A stretch of 64,000 bases of DNA, from the NCBI GenBank assembly GCA_023920165.1, contig CP089274.1, positions 1,054,001 to 1,118,000 of the forward strand. Reading direction: 5' to 3'. How positions within the stretch are numbered: the stretch's first letter is position 1; each line of letters opens with the position of its first letter. The translations under genes were made by a program, and so were the position numbers. Below the pieces are notes generated by a model. It saw nothing but the letters and a program-made list of their open reading frames with translations. It did no database searches and was not told where the DNA came from. The stretch is from Curvularia clavata (lineage: Eukaryota). Positions 38,073-48,177 of this stretch are shown piece by piece.

Positions 38073-39215
38073 CTATAGGCAGCCGGACGCCTGAAAAATA
38101 TGCCGCATGTGTCGCTGCCATGTTTTTATCAACCATGCTTCACTTGATTGCAATTTTTCTTTGTTTTTGTCTCCGTCATCATCTTCGTTGTCATCGCTGA
38201 GAAGCAACTCATTTCGGGAAAACTGACAGTCGATAGATATTCTTTCCTGTGTCAAAACTGGGTACTCGATTCGAAAGTTGAATTTAGGGTTGCAAAAACA
38301 CCCCGACGAACCTCGCCGTTCGGTGCCTGTCTGTACTAGCATTTGTTGTCTCATAAGAGCCAACGTGTCTGCTATTCTGCAAATCTCGGGCCGATCGAGT
38401 TTCCAGTGTATCTCCAGACATTCAAGATTCTCTAGTTTCAACAACGGATACACCCAGGAAGCCACCCATGGACGCGGGCGGGCCATTCTTTGCGCTTCCC
38501 ATTTTCCATATTCCAAAGGTGAAGGGAAAACAGGCCTGTAGAACTGATTCGAGCTGTGTATAAATAGAGAGAGCTTCCGCAACCGCACGCGTGAAGTTGA
38601 GAGCAAGGTACAGAGTTCGGTAAAGTGGTTGTAAGCGTATCGGAGCACAACGGAATCTGTTGATCTGGCAACCACAGGGTAATGAGCTTCATCAGTGCCT
38701 CTAAGATTCGTCCCTTCGTCCAGAGTCATCTCTATGGACGAGATGAGCTTGAGCGACTCTGCGGGTCGATCGCATAAGAATGCAAATGTAGTTGCAATGC
38801 TCTCCGCCGCCTTGAAACGAAAAACGTTCTTGTTGTAGAAGATCTCTCTAGCTTCGTGATAAATCTGCTGACAGGTTTGAAGCACATTGATCTCGATTCT
38901 GTCTTGGTGTGATAGATCGCATTGGCTGTTGAGTTGGTAGGTCATTTGAACAGCGCTCGGTGGGAGTTCCGGATCATCTTTGTAGCATGGCAGACCAAGA
39001 TCGAAACGTGGTATGAGCCAAACACGTCGGTGAACTCGTTTCCGCGTCAATGGATACGATTGAGCGAATCGTTTATAGAACTCAGGGCTTCGAATTATAG
39101 CCGACTCGGGAACAGTAGCCGCCGCCCGCTCGATAAGTATAACGTCTCGCACAAGCACATATTCGTAAATAAGGTCCCGAATTTCTCGAGGAATGACGAG
39201 AAGCCGAGAAGGCAT
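38073..39215 (-). CDS. Hypothetical protein with an F-box-like N-terminal motif
   Basis: LLVIPREIRDLIYEYVL and VLQTCQQIYHEAREIFYNKNVFRF, a pattern common in fungal F-box-like/DUF7730-type proteins. Confidence 0.7.
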   Translation of the reverse strand: MPSRLLVIPREIRDLIYEYVLVRDVILIERAAATVPESAIIRSPEFYKRFAQSYPLTRKRVHRRVWLIPRFDLGLPCYKDDPELPPSAVQMTYQLNSQCDLSHQDRIEINVLQTCQQIYHEAREIFYNKNVFRFKAAESIATTFAFLCDRPAESLKLISSIEMTLDEGTNLRGTDEAHYPVVARSTDSVVLRYAYNHFTELCTLLSTSRVRLRKLSLFIHSSNQFYRPVFPSPLEYGKWEAQRMARPRPWVASWVYPLLKLENLECLEIHWKLDRPEICRIADTLALMRQQMLVQTGTERRGSSGCFCNPKFNFRIEYPVLTQERISIDCQFSRNELLLSDDNEDDDGDKNKEKLQSSEAWLIKTWQRHMRHIFQASGCL

Positions 39216-39539
39216 TTTGCGATGGTCTGTGAGTCCCACAGTGTAGGTCCTGCGATGAGGCCAATTCCCCGCGGAGACTGAGAGTCTACGTGAAGTGATG
39301 ACGCTATTGGTCTGAATTGGTCTAGTTCGGGGATTTAGTATGCTAGCGTGAATCTCGAGCCCCTCCCTTCCCCATCCCTACCGCTGCTGATAGCAGTACA
39401 ACTAAGTTCAGCAGTCAGCAATAAGACACCCAGAACCTTCACAGTCGCCATTGACTTTGGTATTCTCCTTTTTCACACATTAGAGTTCAAGGCTAGCCAA
39501 TCTGCCTGTCTACACGATTTGTCTTTGAAATCCGGCTTA

Positions 39540-39728
39540 TGTCACGTGATTCACTCTAGTTCGAACGACAATGCAAAATGTTTGACTCTAGACATCTCTC
39601 TTGTCTTTAATAGTTATTCTGCTATAGAAATCTTCGCTATAAAGCTTTGATTACTTACTCTTATACAGCTCTATTAATATCTAAGCTACTTATATACCTT
39701 CTATTTTAAATATAAGATAGACGTTACA
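39540..39728. mobile_element. Probable degenerate solo LTR (RIP-like, AT/TpA-rich)
   Basis: Bounded by TGTCAC...GTTACA inverted termini, with a TA-rich interior unlike the flanks. No target-site duplication found. Confidence 0.4.
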
Positions 39729-40061
39729 CATCTCGTTCGCGCCTTTCATAAACGGAACGTGTTATTAGAAGAGAAGACTAGATGAAACCTAAAAGGATTA
39801 TAGTACTTGTAGATGTTAAGATGATTTAGCATAAACAGTGAACAACTATTAAAACTGCAAAGCATGTCCACTCAGCACCTTATTGCCGCTTCGTTCAGAA
39901 GACTACCATACACTATTCATAATCTCTTGTAAATGAACAAAATACTACTGTCCTGCATGAACACTTGGTATACATGACGTCACCTATAAATTCCAAAGAA
40001 GCCGTTCAGCCTAATAGGCTTGTATTCAACGAATACTTATAAACTAAGATAACCCTAACGA

Positions 40062-40802
40062 ATGCACACTTCCATTGAGTCCAGCCTCGAGAAAATGTCT
40101 TCCCAACCATTCCCCGTACTCATCTTCGATAAAACAACCGGTTACCGCCACACCTCCATCCCTTCCGGCCTCGCCCTATTCGAGCGCCTCTCACACCAAC
40201 ACCCCTCCATCAGCATAACCAGCACATCTGACGCCTCCATCTTCACATCCCCCAATCTCTCCAATTACAAAGCCATCATCCTGCTTCAAACCCTCGGCCC
40301 AGACCTCTTCACTCCTCCGCAACTCTCCGCCTTCCGGCACTGGATGCAGCAAGGTGGCGGGGTCGTCGCTATCCACGGCGCTGCAGCAGGCATGCCGGAA
40401 GACGCGTGGTACGGGCAACTCATTGGAGCACAATTCCACTCGCATCCTGATCCGGAAGAAGGCACCGTAGTCCTAGAACCCGGAACGCAGTCGCATTTCA
40501 TCATCAATGGGCGTGGCGGCAGAGAAGGCTGGAAAGACGAGTGGTATAATTTCCACTCGCATCCTAGGGAGAATAGTAACTTGGTGATTTTACTGAGGGG
40601 CGATCCGAAGACGTTTCAGGGAGGTATGCACGGGGAGGATCATCCGTTGGCGTGGTGTCAGGAGTTTGAAGGGGGAAGGGTATTTTTTACGGCGTTGGGG
40701 CATTTCGACGAGGCGTATGTGGATGAGTGGTTTAGTGGGATGGTGGAGAGAGGGTTGTTTTGGGTGGCGAAAAGAGAGAGTGATTTGGAGAAGAAAGAGT
40801 GA
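40062..40802 (+). CDS. ThuA-like (class I glutamine amidotransferase-like fold) protein
   Basis: VLIFDKTTGYRHTSIP, GGGVVAIHGA, WYGQLIGAQFHSHP, DEWYNF, MHGEDHPLAW and GRVFFTALGH. The start could instead be ATG 40095. Confidence 0.88.
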   Translation: MHTSIESSLEKMSSQPFPVLIFDKTTGYRHTSIPSGLALFERLSHQHPSISITSTSDASIFTSPNLSNYKAIILLQTLGPDLFTPPQLSAFRHWMQQGGGVVAIHGAAAGMPEDAWYGQLIGAQFHSHPDPEEGTVVLEPGTQSHFIINGRGGREGWKDEWYNFHSHPRENSNLVILLRGDPKTFQGGMHGEDHPLAWCQEFEGGRVFFTALGHFDEAYVDEWFSGMVERGLFWVAKRESDLEKKE

Positions 40803-41019
40803 CAGCGATAGATATACCTCGACTAAATTTTGGGTGTTGTTCATGTGGAGTAGGAAGTCGATTTTACTAAATCCCAAAAAGTGACTAGGTACACATACAT
40901 GGGCCTCTGAATAAGATTTTATCCAAACGCCAAAATACACCCCACTAAGAAAAGTACTAGTTTCCGATAAGGTGGAATCCAGGATTGTCCATCCCAATCG
41001 TGACGGGAAAATCCAATTC

Positions 41020-42164
41020 CTAGTCATCGCTTTTTTCAGCATCAGCTTTTTCAGCATCAGCCTTTTTAGCATCAGTCTTGTCAGCATTAGCCTTTCTGGG
41101 CTCATCCTTCTTGATATCAATCTTCTTAGGATCGGCCAACTCAGGATCTGCCTTTTCCGGATCAACATTGAGATCCCAATCGATACCTCCATCTTTCCCA
41201 TACCGCTGGACCAGCCACTCATTGCACTTTGTAAAATGCCCGCAGTCAAACTACTCGTAGTCAGCAAATCAATCTCGCCCCATATTTCATTGCAAACTTA
41301 CAAATCCCCTCGCAGCGCTCAGGGGGCTAGGATGCACACTCTTGAGCACGAGATGCTTGTCTACTGGGATACCCTTCGTCCTCTGCTGAGCAGGCGTTCC
41401 CCAAGCCAGGAACACGACGCCGTTGGTCCGCACTTTGGCCACGGTGTCAATCACCTTCTGCATGAGCTGTTCCCAGCCTTTGCCGGAATGCGAGTTTGCT
41501 TCACCTCTGCGGACAGTCAAACAGGTATTGATGAGCAGGACACCGCGTTCAGCCCAAGGGGTAAGAAGTCCACCCTTGTTTGGCGGTGGCTTGTAGTCTG
41601 GGTATTCCTTCTTGAGGGCTTTGTAAATGTTTTGAAGGGAAGGAGGAGCGGGATTAGGTGGTCGGATGGAGAAACAGAGGCCGTGGGCTTGGTTGGGGCC
41701 GTGGTAAGGGTCCTGGCCCGTGATGACAACCTTGACTGTGTTGAGCGGAGTGTGTCGCGACCTATCTCTGGCTATCAGCATCTGATGGTCGTGGATTGAA
41801 GCTTGTCAAAGTGTTGGCAGCCATACCATGAGTAGACATCTTTCATCGGGGGATACACTGTTTTGCCGCTCTGTAGCTCTTGCTTAAGGAAACGCTTCAA
41901 TTGCAAGAACTGCGGCGTCACGAGGACGTCCTTGAGATGTGGGAGCCAACTCTCGTGCAGCGTGTCGATTTCTAGTTGCAGGAGCTCCTTTTGCTCATCA
42001 GTAAGTTTGGAGACCCACTCGTCTTTGTCGAATTTGGCGGCTGCACCCGTCTTCTTGTTAGGGTCGGGCTTTGGCGCGCCAAAGAATGCAGTAATGCTGC
42101 CGTTCTGTTTGGTCTTCTTGGACGCGTCGGTAGCAGCGCCGGCAGCTTTGCGTTTCAAGCTCAT
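41020..42164 (-). CDS. ung1: Uracil-DNA glycosylase (family 1)
   Basis: Three exons. KVVITGQDPYH, HGLCFS, PPSLQNIYK, GVLLIN, VFLAWG, HPSPLSAARGF|FDCGHF. Stop codon at 41020-41022. Confidence 0.95.
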
Positions 42165-42747
42165 GATTGCTGTTCGAATTGATGTGTGTTGTATGTGATG
42201 AACTACGGGAATGCTTCAGGGGCGTCGACTGAGCATAAGCATCCTAATCAATTCCCAGCCCCAGGCAGTCGCGTAACCCTGCGTGACGTCGGAGACTCGG
42301 GATCGCTGCTCGTCGTCGTTCTGATTGGCCGTCACCAGACACGTCGACACGTGAGTACGCGACACGCGTCTCCCCCACGTGAAATGACATCACAGCTCAT
42401 ACTTGCATACTAACAGGCTGTAGAGGCTGAGGACAGGGGAATCCTGTTCTTGGGACAAATACAATGCTCGCTCTTTGTAGTGGCATGACCAATAGCCACC
42501 CGATGCGGTTTCACCTGCAGGCCCGCTCTCCGCTACCCGCAATTGTGACGTGATGCTGTGTGGGGAAAGCAATCAGGAGTACGTGCGGGTGAGAGCAATG
42601 GCGAGAAGCAATCGCCAGCATATATATCTCTCTGCTCTCACCCATTCTGACCCTCCCGCTCTCTCTTTTCCTCTATTTCTCTCCACACCATTCCCACTCT
42701 TCAGCCCACCACAACCATCAGTTTCAACCCAAAACAACTTTTCCACA

Positions 42748-43183
42748 ATGGCTTCTTCTAACCCCGCCAACTTTGCCAACCTCCCCAAGGATGAGCTCCG
42801 GGAGATCGCTGCCAAGGGTGGCCATGCCTCTCATGGCTCAGGCCACGCAGATGTACGCCAGCCCTGTGTCTGTGTGCTTGAAGCATGATTCACTAACGGC
42901 CCCTCCAGTCAAGTTCCTCTGACGACCACCCTGGCCGCAACCCCGACGGCACCTTCACCAAGGGCTCTGACGTCGCCAAAGAGCTAGGTGCACAAGGCGG
43001 CCATGCTTCCCACGGAGGTCACGCCTCCCATGACTCCCATGACGATGGAGTAAGTTTTCAGACGAGTGATGTAGGGCTATCCCGCTGATTGTCTCCTAGC
43101 GCAACCCCGACGGAACTTTCAAGAAAGGCAGCGAGCTTGCTTCTGAGCTCGGTGCCCAGGGTGGACATGCTGCGAAGCACTAG
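42748..43183 (+). CDS. Con-10-like stress/conidiation protein (KGG repeats)
   Basis: NPANFANLPKDELREIAAKGG. Three exons carry repeated RNPDGTF(T/K)KGS...ELGAQGGHA units. Confidence 0.8.
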
Positions 43184-43496
43184 AATGCTTGGGTTTCTGT
43201 CTACATGAAATCTCCCATGTGGTAATGAACAAATACGAATCATGAATGGATGAATAAATAAATCAATAAACAAACAACCAATTCGAATATCTTTCACTGA
43301 AACATACAACCTGTGCAAAGTGAAGTCCCTTGAGCCACAATCACAATGGCCGCATACATTCAAAACTTGAACAGAGCATCAATTCATTTTTTGTTTGCCA
43401 CTTCATGTCATACGTTTTCGTCCACGACGACCACTTGCCCCATTGATACACATTCCACTTACGCTGCTATACCCTGTCTTCTACTTCATTACCCAC

Positions 43497-45878
43497 TTAA
43501 CCAGTGTAACCGAGAGCATCGAGCTCCTTCTTGATCTGGACCTCGGTGCTGATCTTCTTGATCTGAGTATCTTCAAGTTTCTCTCCACCTGCCTGCCTCA
43601 TCTTCAACTCTTCAATGGCTCGCATCTTCTTAAGCAAGCCACGAATCTTCTTGTCCTGAGGACCGCCGTCTCCAGGGCTAGTGACGGTCACGTCGGGAGG
43701 AGGAGCATGGCCTTCAGTCTTGATCGGATGAGCCTGGTTAGGTCCCTGCTGGCCAGGGTTCTGGCGACGGTTTCCCTCTTGCCTGGCTTGGCGGTTGGGG
43801 CTGTTGCCGAAGTTACGGGCTTGACTAGGGCTCCTTCCCTGTTGTTCATACCCGCTCTTACTGCGGCTTCGCTGGCGGCGCTCTGGACTACGGCCTCCGT
43901 TGGCTCCGTTGGAGGCGTTGGCACCCTCAGCACCGAGACCGGCAGCCTTGTCAGCGGCTTCACGGGCCTTCTTGGCCTCTCGCTTCTTCTTGTTCTTCAG
44001 GGCCGCCTTGGAGAGCTCGCCATCGCCATCTTGGGCGCCGGTAAGACTGACGCCACCACCAGGAGCAGCACCGGGAGGGAGGGTTTCGGCGGTGTCTGCA
44101 CCAGGGACCTCGCGACGACGCGGCTTTCCGAACCCATTGGAGAAGCCAACGTTCGTAGAGGAGACTCCAGTGTTGTGGAAGGCTGCGCCTCCTTCATCCT
44201 CACGCTTGAAATGCAGTGGAGTTGCGGTTCCACGCGCACCAGGAGGACGGTAGGCACCAGCAGGCTTGGAAGGGGTCTTTTGGGTTTTAAGGTACGCTAG
44301 GGCTGACTGATGCGGCGTCGGGATAGTAGTCAAAGGATCAGTCAGCGGGTACATCGAGGTTGGCTGAGGTCGCCAAACAACGTGGTAAAGTTCCGTCATG
44401 TCCTCGTTGTACATGAGGCCACCACTGACGTGATAGATGCGAATGCCGTTGTCGACACGCAGACGCGGGCTAGTGGTCGCAGTAAGGATATGTTGGCCAT
44501 CCGGACTCCACTCGCAATACGTGCAGTTGGACGTCTTGACGTGGCAGACCTTGGCGAAATTCCTCTCAAGATCGTAGATGTCCATGTCACCAGCTAAATT
44601 GCCAAAACCAGCCACAATGACAAAACGGCCATGGGGGCTGAAAAGGATGGTGTTGCGTGGGCCCAAGTCGAAGCTGTGCTGGGGAACCGCACGCTGGTTG
44701 AAGATGGTCGTCTTTGCTGGCATGTAGCCATAGGTGACGCCAAACTCTTTCGAGTTAGGAGACCAGGAGACGTCGTGAATGGGGCCTTCTTTATCCAACT
44801 GGATGCGCGAATCAAAGGTACCGTTGGCGCTGAGAATGTACATGTTCGTCTCTCCATAGTAGCTCTTGTTGGTCTTGTCGACCTCAGTCTGAGCCAGGAC
44901 AATGAGACTGGTACCAAGGTTGTTCCATTTCAGCTGAACCTTGTCACCCTTGAAGAAGGTCTTCTGTGAAACGGGTTGACTGAACTGAGGCACCGCGAAC
45001 ACCTTGACGGCAGCGGGCATACCCTTACGCTCAGGCACAAAAACTGCAACTGAATGGTTCTTGCCAGGCGACAGGGCCATTTCCGTCACTCCCTCCACAC
45101 GGAGCTTGTTCCAAGGGTTGCGCAGGTCGCTCGACTGGAAGAACTGTACCTCGTTTGTTACAACGCGGGCACAGAACTTCTCGTCGGATGTGTACTGCAG
45201 GTTCCAGCCGTTCTGGTTCTTCTGAACGTATTCGCCGATCACTGCCCGCGATCCATCATCTTCGGCCTCGTCGGAGAGCGTCTTCCAGACCCTTAAGTTC
45301 TTTGTTGCATTTCCGTCTTCGTCCTTGGAGGGGCGCTGCCATGTGATGAGGTAGGTGCCCAATGGGGAGAAGCCAAGCTCATAGACATTTGGCGTGGGGA
45401 GTGTGGTAACAACATGGCCGACGGAGGCGTCAATTACAGAGACCCTAGAGAATTCAGCATATGTGCATCATGCGGAAACTCACCCACGTGCGCGCAGATG
45501 CGGCTTTGGAGAATGGCAGATTGTTGGTAGATGAAGAAAATGTCTCAGGGGACTCCTGAGTCGTTTGACCAAGACGTCATCTTCAATCCGCCGATTCAAA
45601 ATGCCCATCTGCGCCCCTTGTGGTGTGTTGTAGGCGCTTACTGTTCAGGTGTTGCCCATGCGAAATACTTGCTGTCTGGCGAGTATGCGCAGCAACGAAG
45701 ATTGCCTTCTGGGCGCACGAATCCCGGAAGCGGCTCATAGACTGGAGCAGCATTGAAGATCCCGATGCCCTTGGCGGAACGGTCTGTGAGCCGAATTGTT
45801 AGCGTGCTTCAACGCAACCTTTGTCTCCTTGTTCCCCCTTGGGGATCACATACAAGCCAACTGTGTGGGAACAGCCAT
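43497..45878 (-). CDS. eIF2A: Eukaryotic translation initiation factor 2A
   Basis: ATG at 45878 (MAVPTQLA|YRSAKG). Introns near 45853-45785 and at 45641-45445. Motifs DKTNKSYYGE, KEGPIHD, TYGYMPA, AGFGNLAG, TTSPRLRVDNG and GAYRPPGARG. Confidence 0.95.
45492..45614 (-). ncRNA. Candidate structured cis-regulatory RNA within eIF2A intron 2
   Basis: Nested complementary segments on the sense strand: GCGCAGATG/CATCTGCGC, GGCGGATTG/CAATCTGCC (one G-U pair), AGATGA/TCATCT, and an apical CTCAGG/CCTGAG hairpin. Confidence 0.5.
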
Positions 45879-46736
45879 GATAACTAGTCAAAGTCACAGG
45901 AACTTGTCCGAAGCGGGCGTTGGGCAAGGTGCTGGTGGTCGCGAAGTCTGGCTCAAGTGCTTGAGCTGAGAGTGGTGAGTTGGCGGGTTGGGTCAGACTA
46001 AGAAAGGAACACGTCGGGTGTGGGTATGGGCTGGAGACGACGACGTTGTTTCTGAGGCTCTCTGGGGCCAAGGGCAGACTTTGGGCGCACGCAGCGGCAA
46101 CGGGTGGACGGAGAAGGGAAAAGGGAACACGCGTCAGAGAATTGAAGGGTGACCGTGTGACGAGCGTAGCAGGAGTGACGGGTGGCTGTCGAGAAAGAAA
46201 TCCGTGGGCTTCGCGCTAGTGCTCGGGGAAAATGCGGGCCGTTGGCGTAGGCTGACTGTGACATCAGCCTCGCTGGGCCTGGAATCGAATCACATCGAGC
46301 AACCCAGATTGATGGGAGTTTGGCTACAAGTCTTTGGCCACTTGTACCGGCGCCGAATATTATAGCGCGACCTGGCTGAAACTTTCTATCGTTTGTAACG
46401 AAAAATTGGCGAAGCGATGTAATCTGTGACCAATTTTCTGGCTAACCGACTGTTTGTTATACTGAACTGCTTTTCAGAAGGTTCTTTTCCCTTTCCTGGA
46501 TCACTTCTCCCAATTGAACAATAGCCACATAGTTCTTAGGTTCTCGAATACCAAACGTAATGGGTGAGCGTGGCGTTTGGTCTGCCGAATGTCACATGCA
46601 GATGGCTCCGAGGTTCCTGTTCTTATCGTTATCGCACCAGTAGTAGCGCCCTTTCACAAGCTCCCGCACGCGATCTCCATCGCGACTCCACAGACCCATC
46701 GTAGCTTGTGTCTGTCCCAAACGTCTCGTCGCAAAG

Positions 46737-47699
46737 ATGCCAACGTCAATGCCCGCACCCTCCATTCGGATACCGATAGAGCTGCTCACTCCCACAGCCT
46801 TTGCGCAATTCGGTACTGTCATCGAGAATCCGTCAACGTCGCCGTCCGCGAAGCTGCCCATCCCTCACCGCATACCAGCACCCGAGGCTGTGGCCGCCAA
46901 TCAGGGCTCTGCTACAAAGTACCTTGATGTCACCCATATGTCAAATCTATACGGCCTTGCGCCGAGCCAGAAGCCGGCGAGGGCCGTCATGAACATGTTT
47001 GTCTGTTCGCCTAGGAATCTGCGCCCACATGAGCCGAGCATCAGTCTGCCGAGCTCCTGGGGCGACTTGGACCTGGATGAGGATGAGGATGGAAATGGAA
47101 ACTATCTTAAGCAGCTGTTGGACGTTTCCATACTCGAGCGACACCCGTTCACCACACAAACGTTCATACCCATGGGCTTGTCGCAACATGACAAGCACAC
47201 ACAGTATCTTGTTATAGTGGCCCCAACCCTCCCCGCAAGCGCATCGAAGCGTCGAACGGGCAGGCCGCCACCATATCCGACACCTTATAGTGACCGAAAA
47301 AGGGATCTAATGGACATATTTGCGCGAGCAACACCAAGTTCAGATGCCAATGCGACGACGCCTACTCAGAGTCAGTTCTCGCAACTCCACCCGTCTGCAA
47401 AACCCAAGGGGCCTGGCCTCCCGGATCTCAAAAACCTTCGTGCTTTTGTTGCGACTGGAGCTCAAGCTGTCACCTATGGACCCGGAACATGGCATGCCCC
47501 TATGATCGTCATTGGAGACCAACCAATCGACTTTGTCGTTGTACAGTTTGCAAATGATGTAGGCAACGAGGACTGTCAGGAGATATTGTTGAAGCCGGAT
47601 GAAACCGCTTCAGAAGGTGTTGTAATCATGGTCGACACCAATTTGGCAGGTACCGTGCAAGTCAAAGCCGGTGTTGGTTCTGTAAGAGCGAAGTTGTGA
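46737..47699 (+). CDS. dal3: Ureidoglycolate lyase/hydrolase
   Basis: LTPTAFAQFGTVIE, ANQGSA, LERHPFTTQTFIPM, QAVTYGPGTWHAPM and FVVVQ. Confidence 0.88.
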   Translation: MPTSMPAPSIRIPIELLTPTAFAQFGTVIENPSTSPSAKLPIPHRIPAPEAVAANQGSATKYLDVTHMSNLYGLAPSQKPARAVMNMFVCSPRNLRPHEPSISLPSSWGDLDLDEDEDGNGNYLKQLLDVSILERHPFTTQTFIPMGLSQHDKHTQYLVIVAPTLPASASKRRTGRPPPYPTPYSDRKRDLMDIFARATPSSDANATTPTQSQFSQLHPSAKPKGPGLPDLKNLRAFVATGAQAVTYGPGTWHAPMIVIGDQPIDFVVVQFANDVGNEDCQEILLKPDETASEGVVIMVDTNLAGTVQVKAGVGSVRAKL

Positions 47700-48177
47700 T
47701 GTAAATAGCTGGTGGATCGGCCATACGCAGCCAGCGATGCAGTTCTGGTTGCTCTAATGGCCAATTAATGCTTTCGTGCTGATGAAGAAGGGCGTAATAT
47801 ACAGCTATATCATGCCATAACTTATGAAAGGTGCGAAGCGACTAAAGAAGCCATCCCCTGCGCTTAACAACGTTTGCGAATCCCATAACAAGAATAGAAT
47901 CACATACCTGGTGTTCAGGAGGAAGTTCAGTAGCCGTCTCCTTAGAGTTAAGTATTTCGCTTATGATCTGACAATATATCCATCAGGCCACCAACCCACC
48001 CATGTCGTGCCGCACCGCAGTAGAGCGACGTTAAGATAACCCCAGTACTTGCTACCTGTCATCTTTCTCAACTCTTCTAAATTCTCTAGGATATTCAACT
48101 GCAAACATATGTAGAAGCATCAGAGAATCCCAACGACATATTGTCTTGCCTCATCCCAGCCGATCACCAGACGCACA

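Noticed and set aside
40590..41799. ORFs with FSISF or LMLKK repeats
   Set aside because: They are antisense or alternative-frame readings of the ung1 15-bp repeat tail.
43395..44300. 301-aa antisense ORF over eIF2A, and similar ones over aconitase, the retropepsin gene and ORF 54686
   Set aside because: These are shadow ORFs expected from codon bias on the opposite strand, with no motifs.
45492..45614. TPP riboswitch in the eIF2A intron
   Set aside because: CTGAGA is present, but the conserved P4/P5 core is absent and the gene is unrelated to thiamine.
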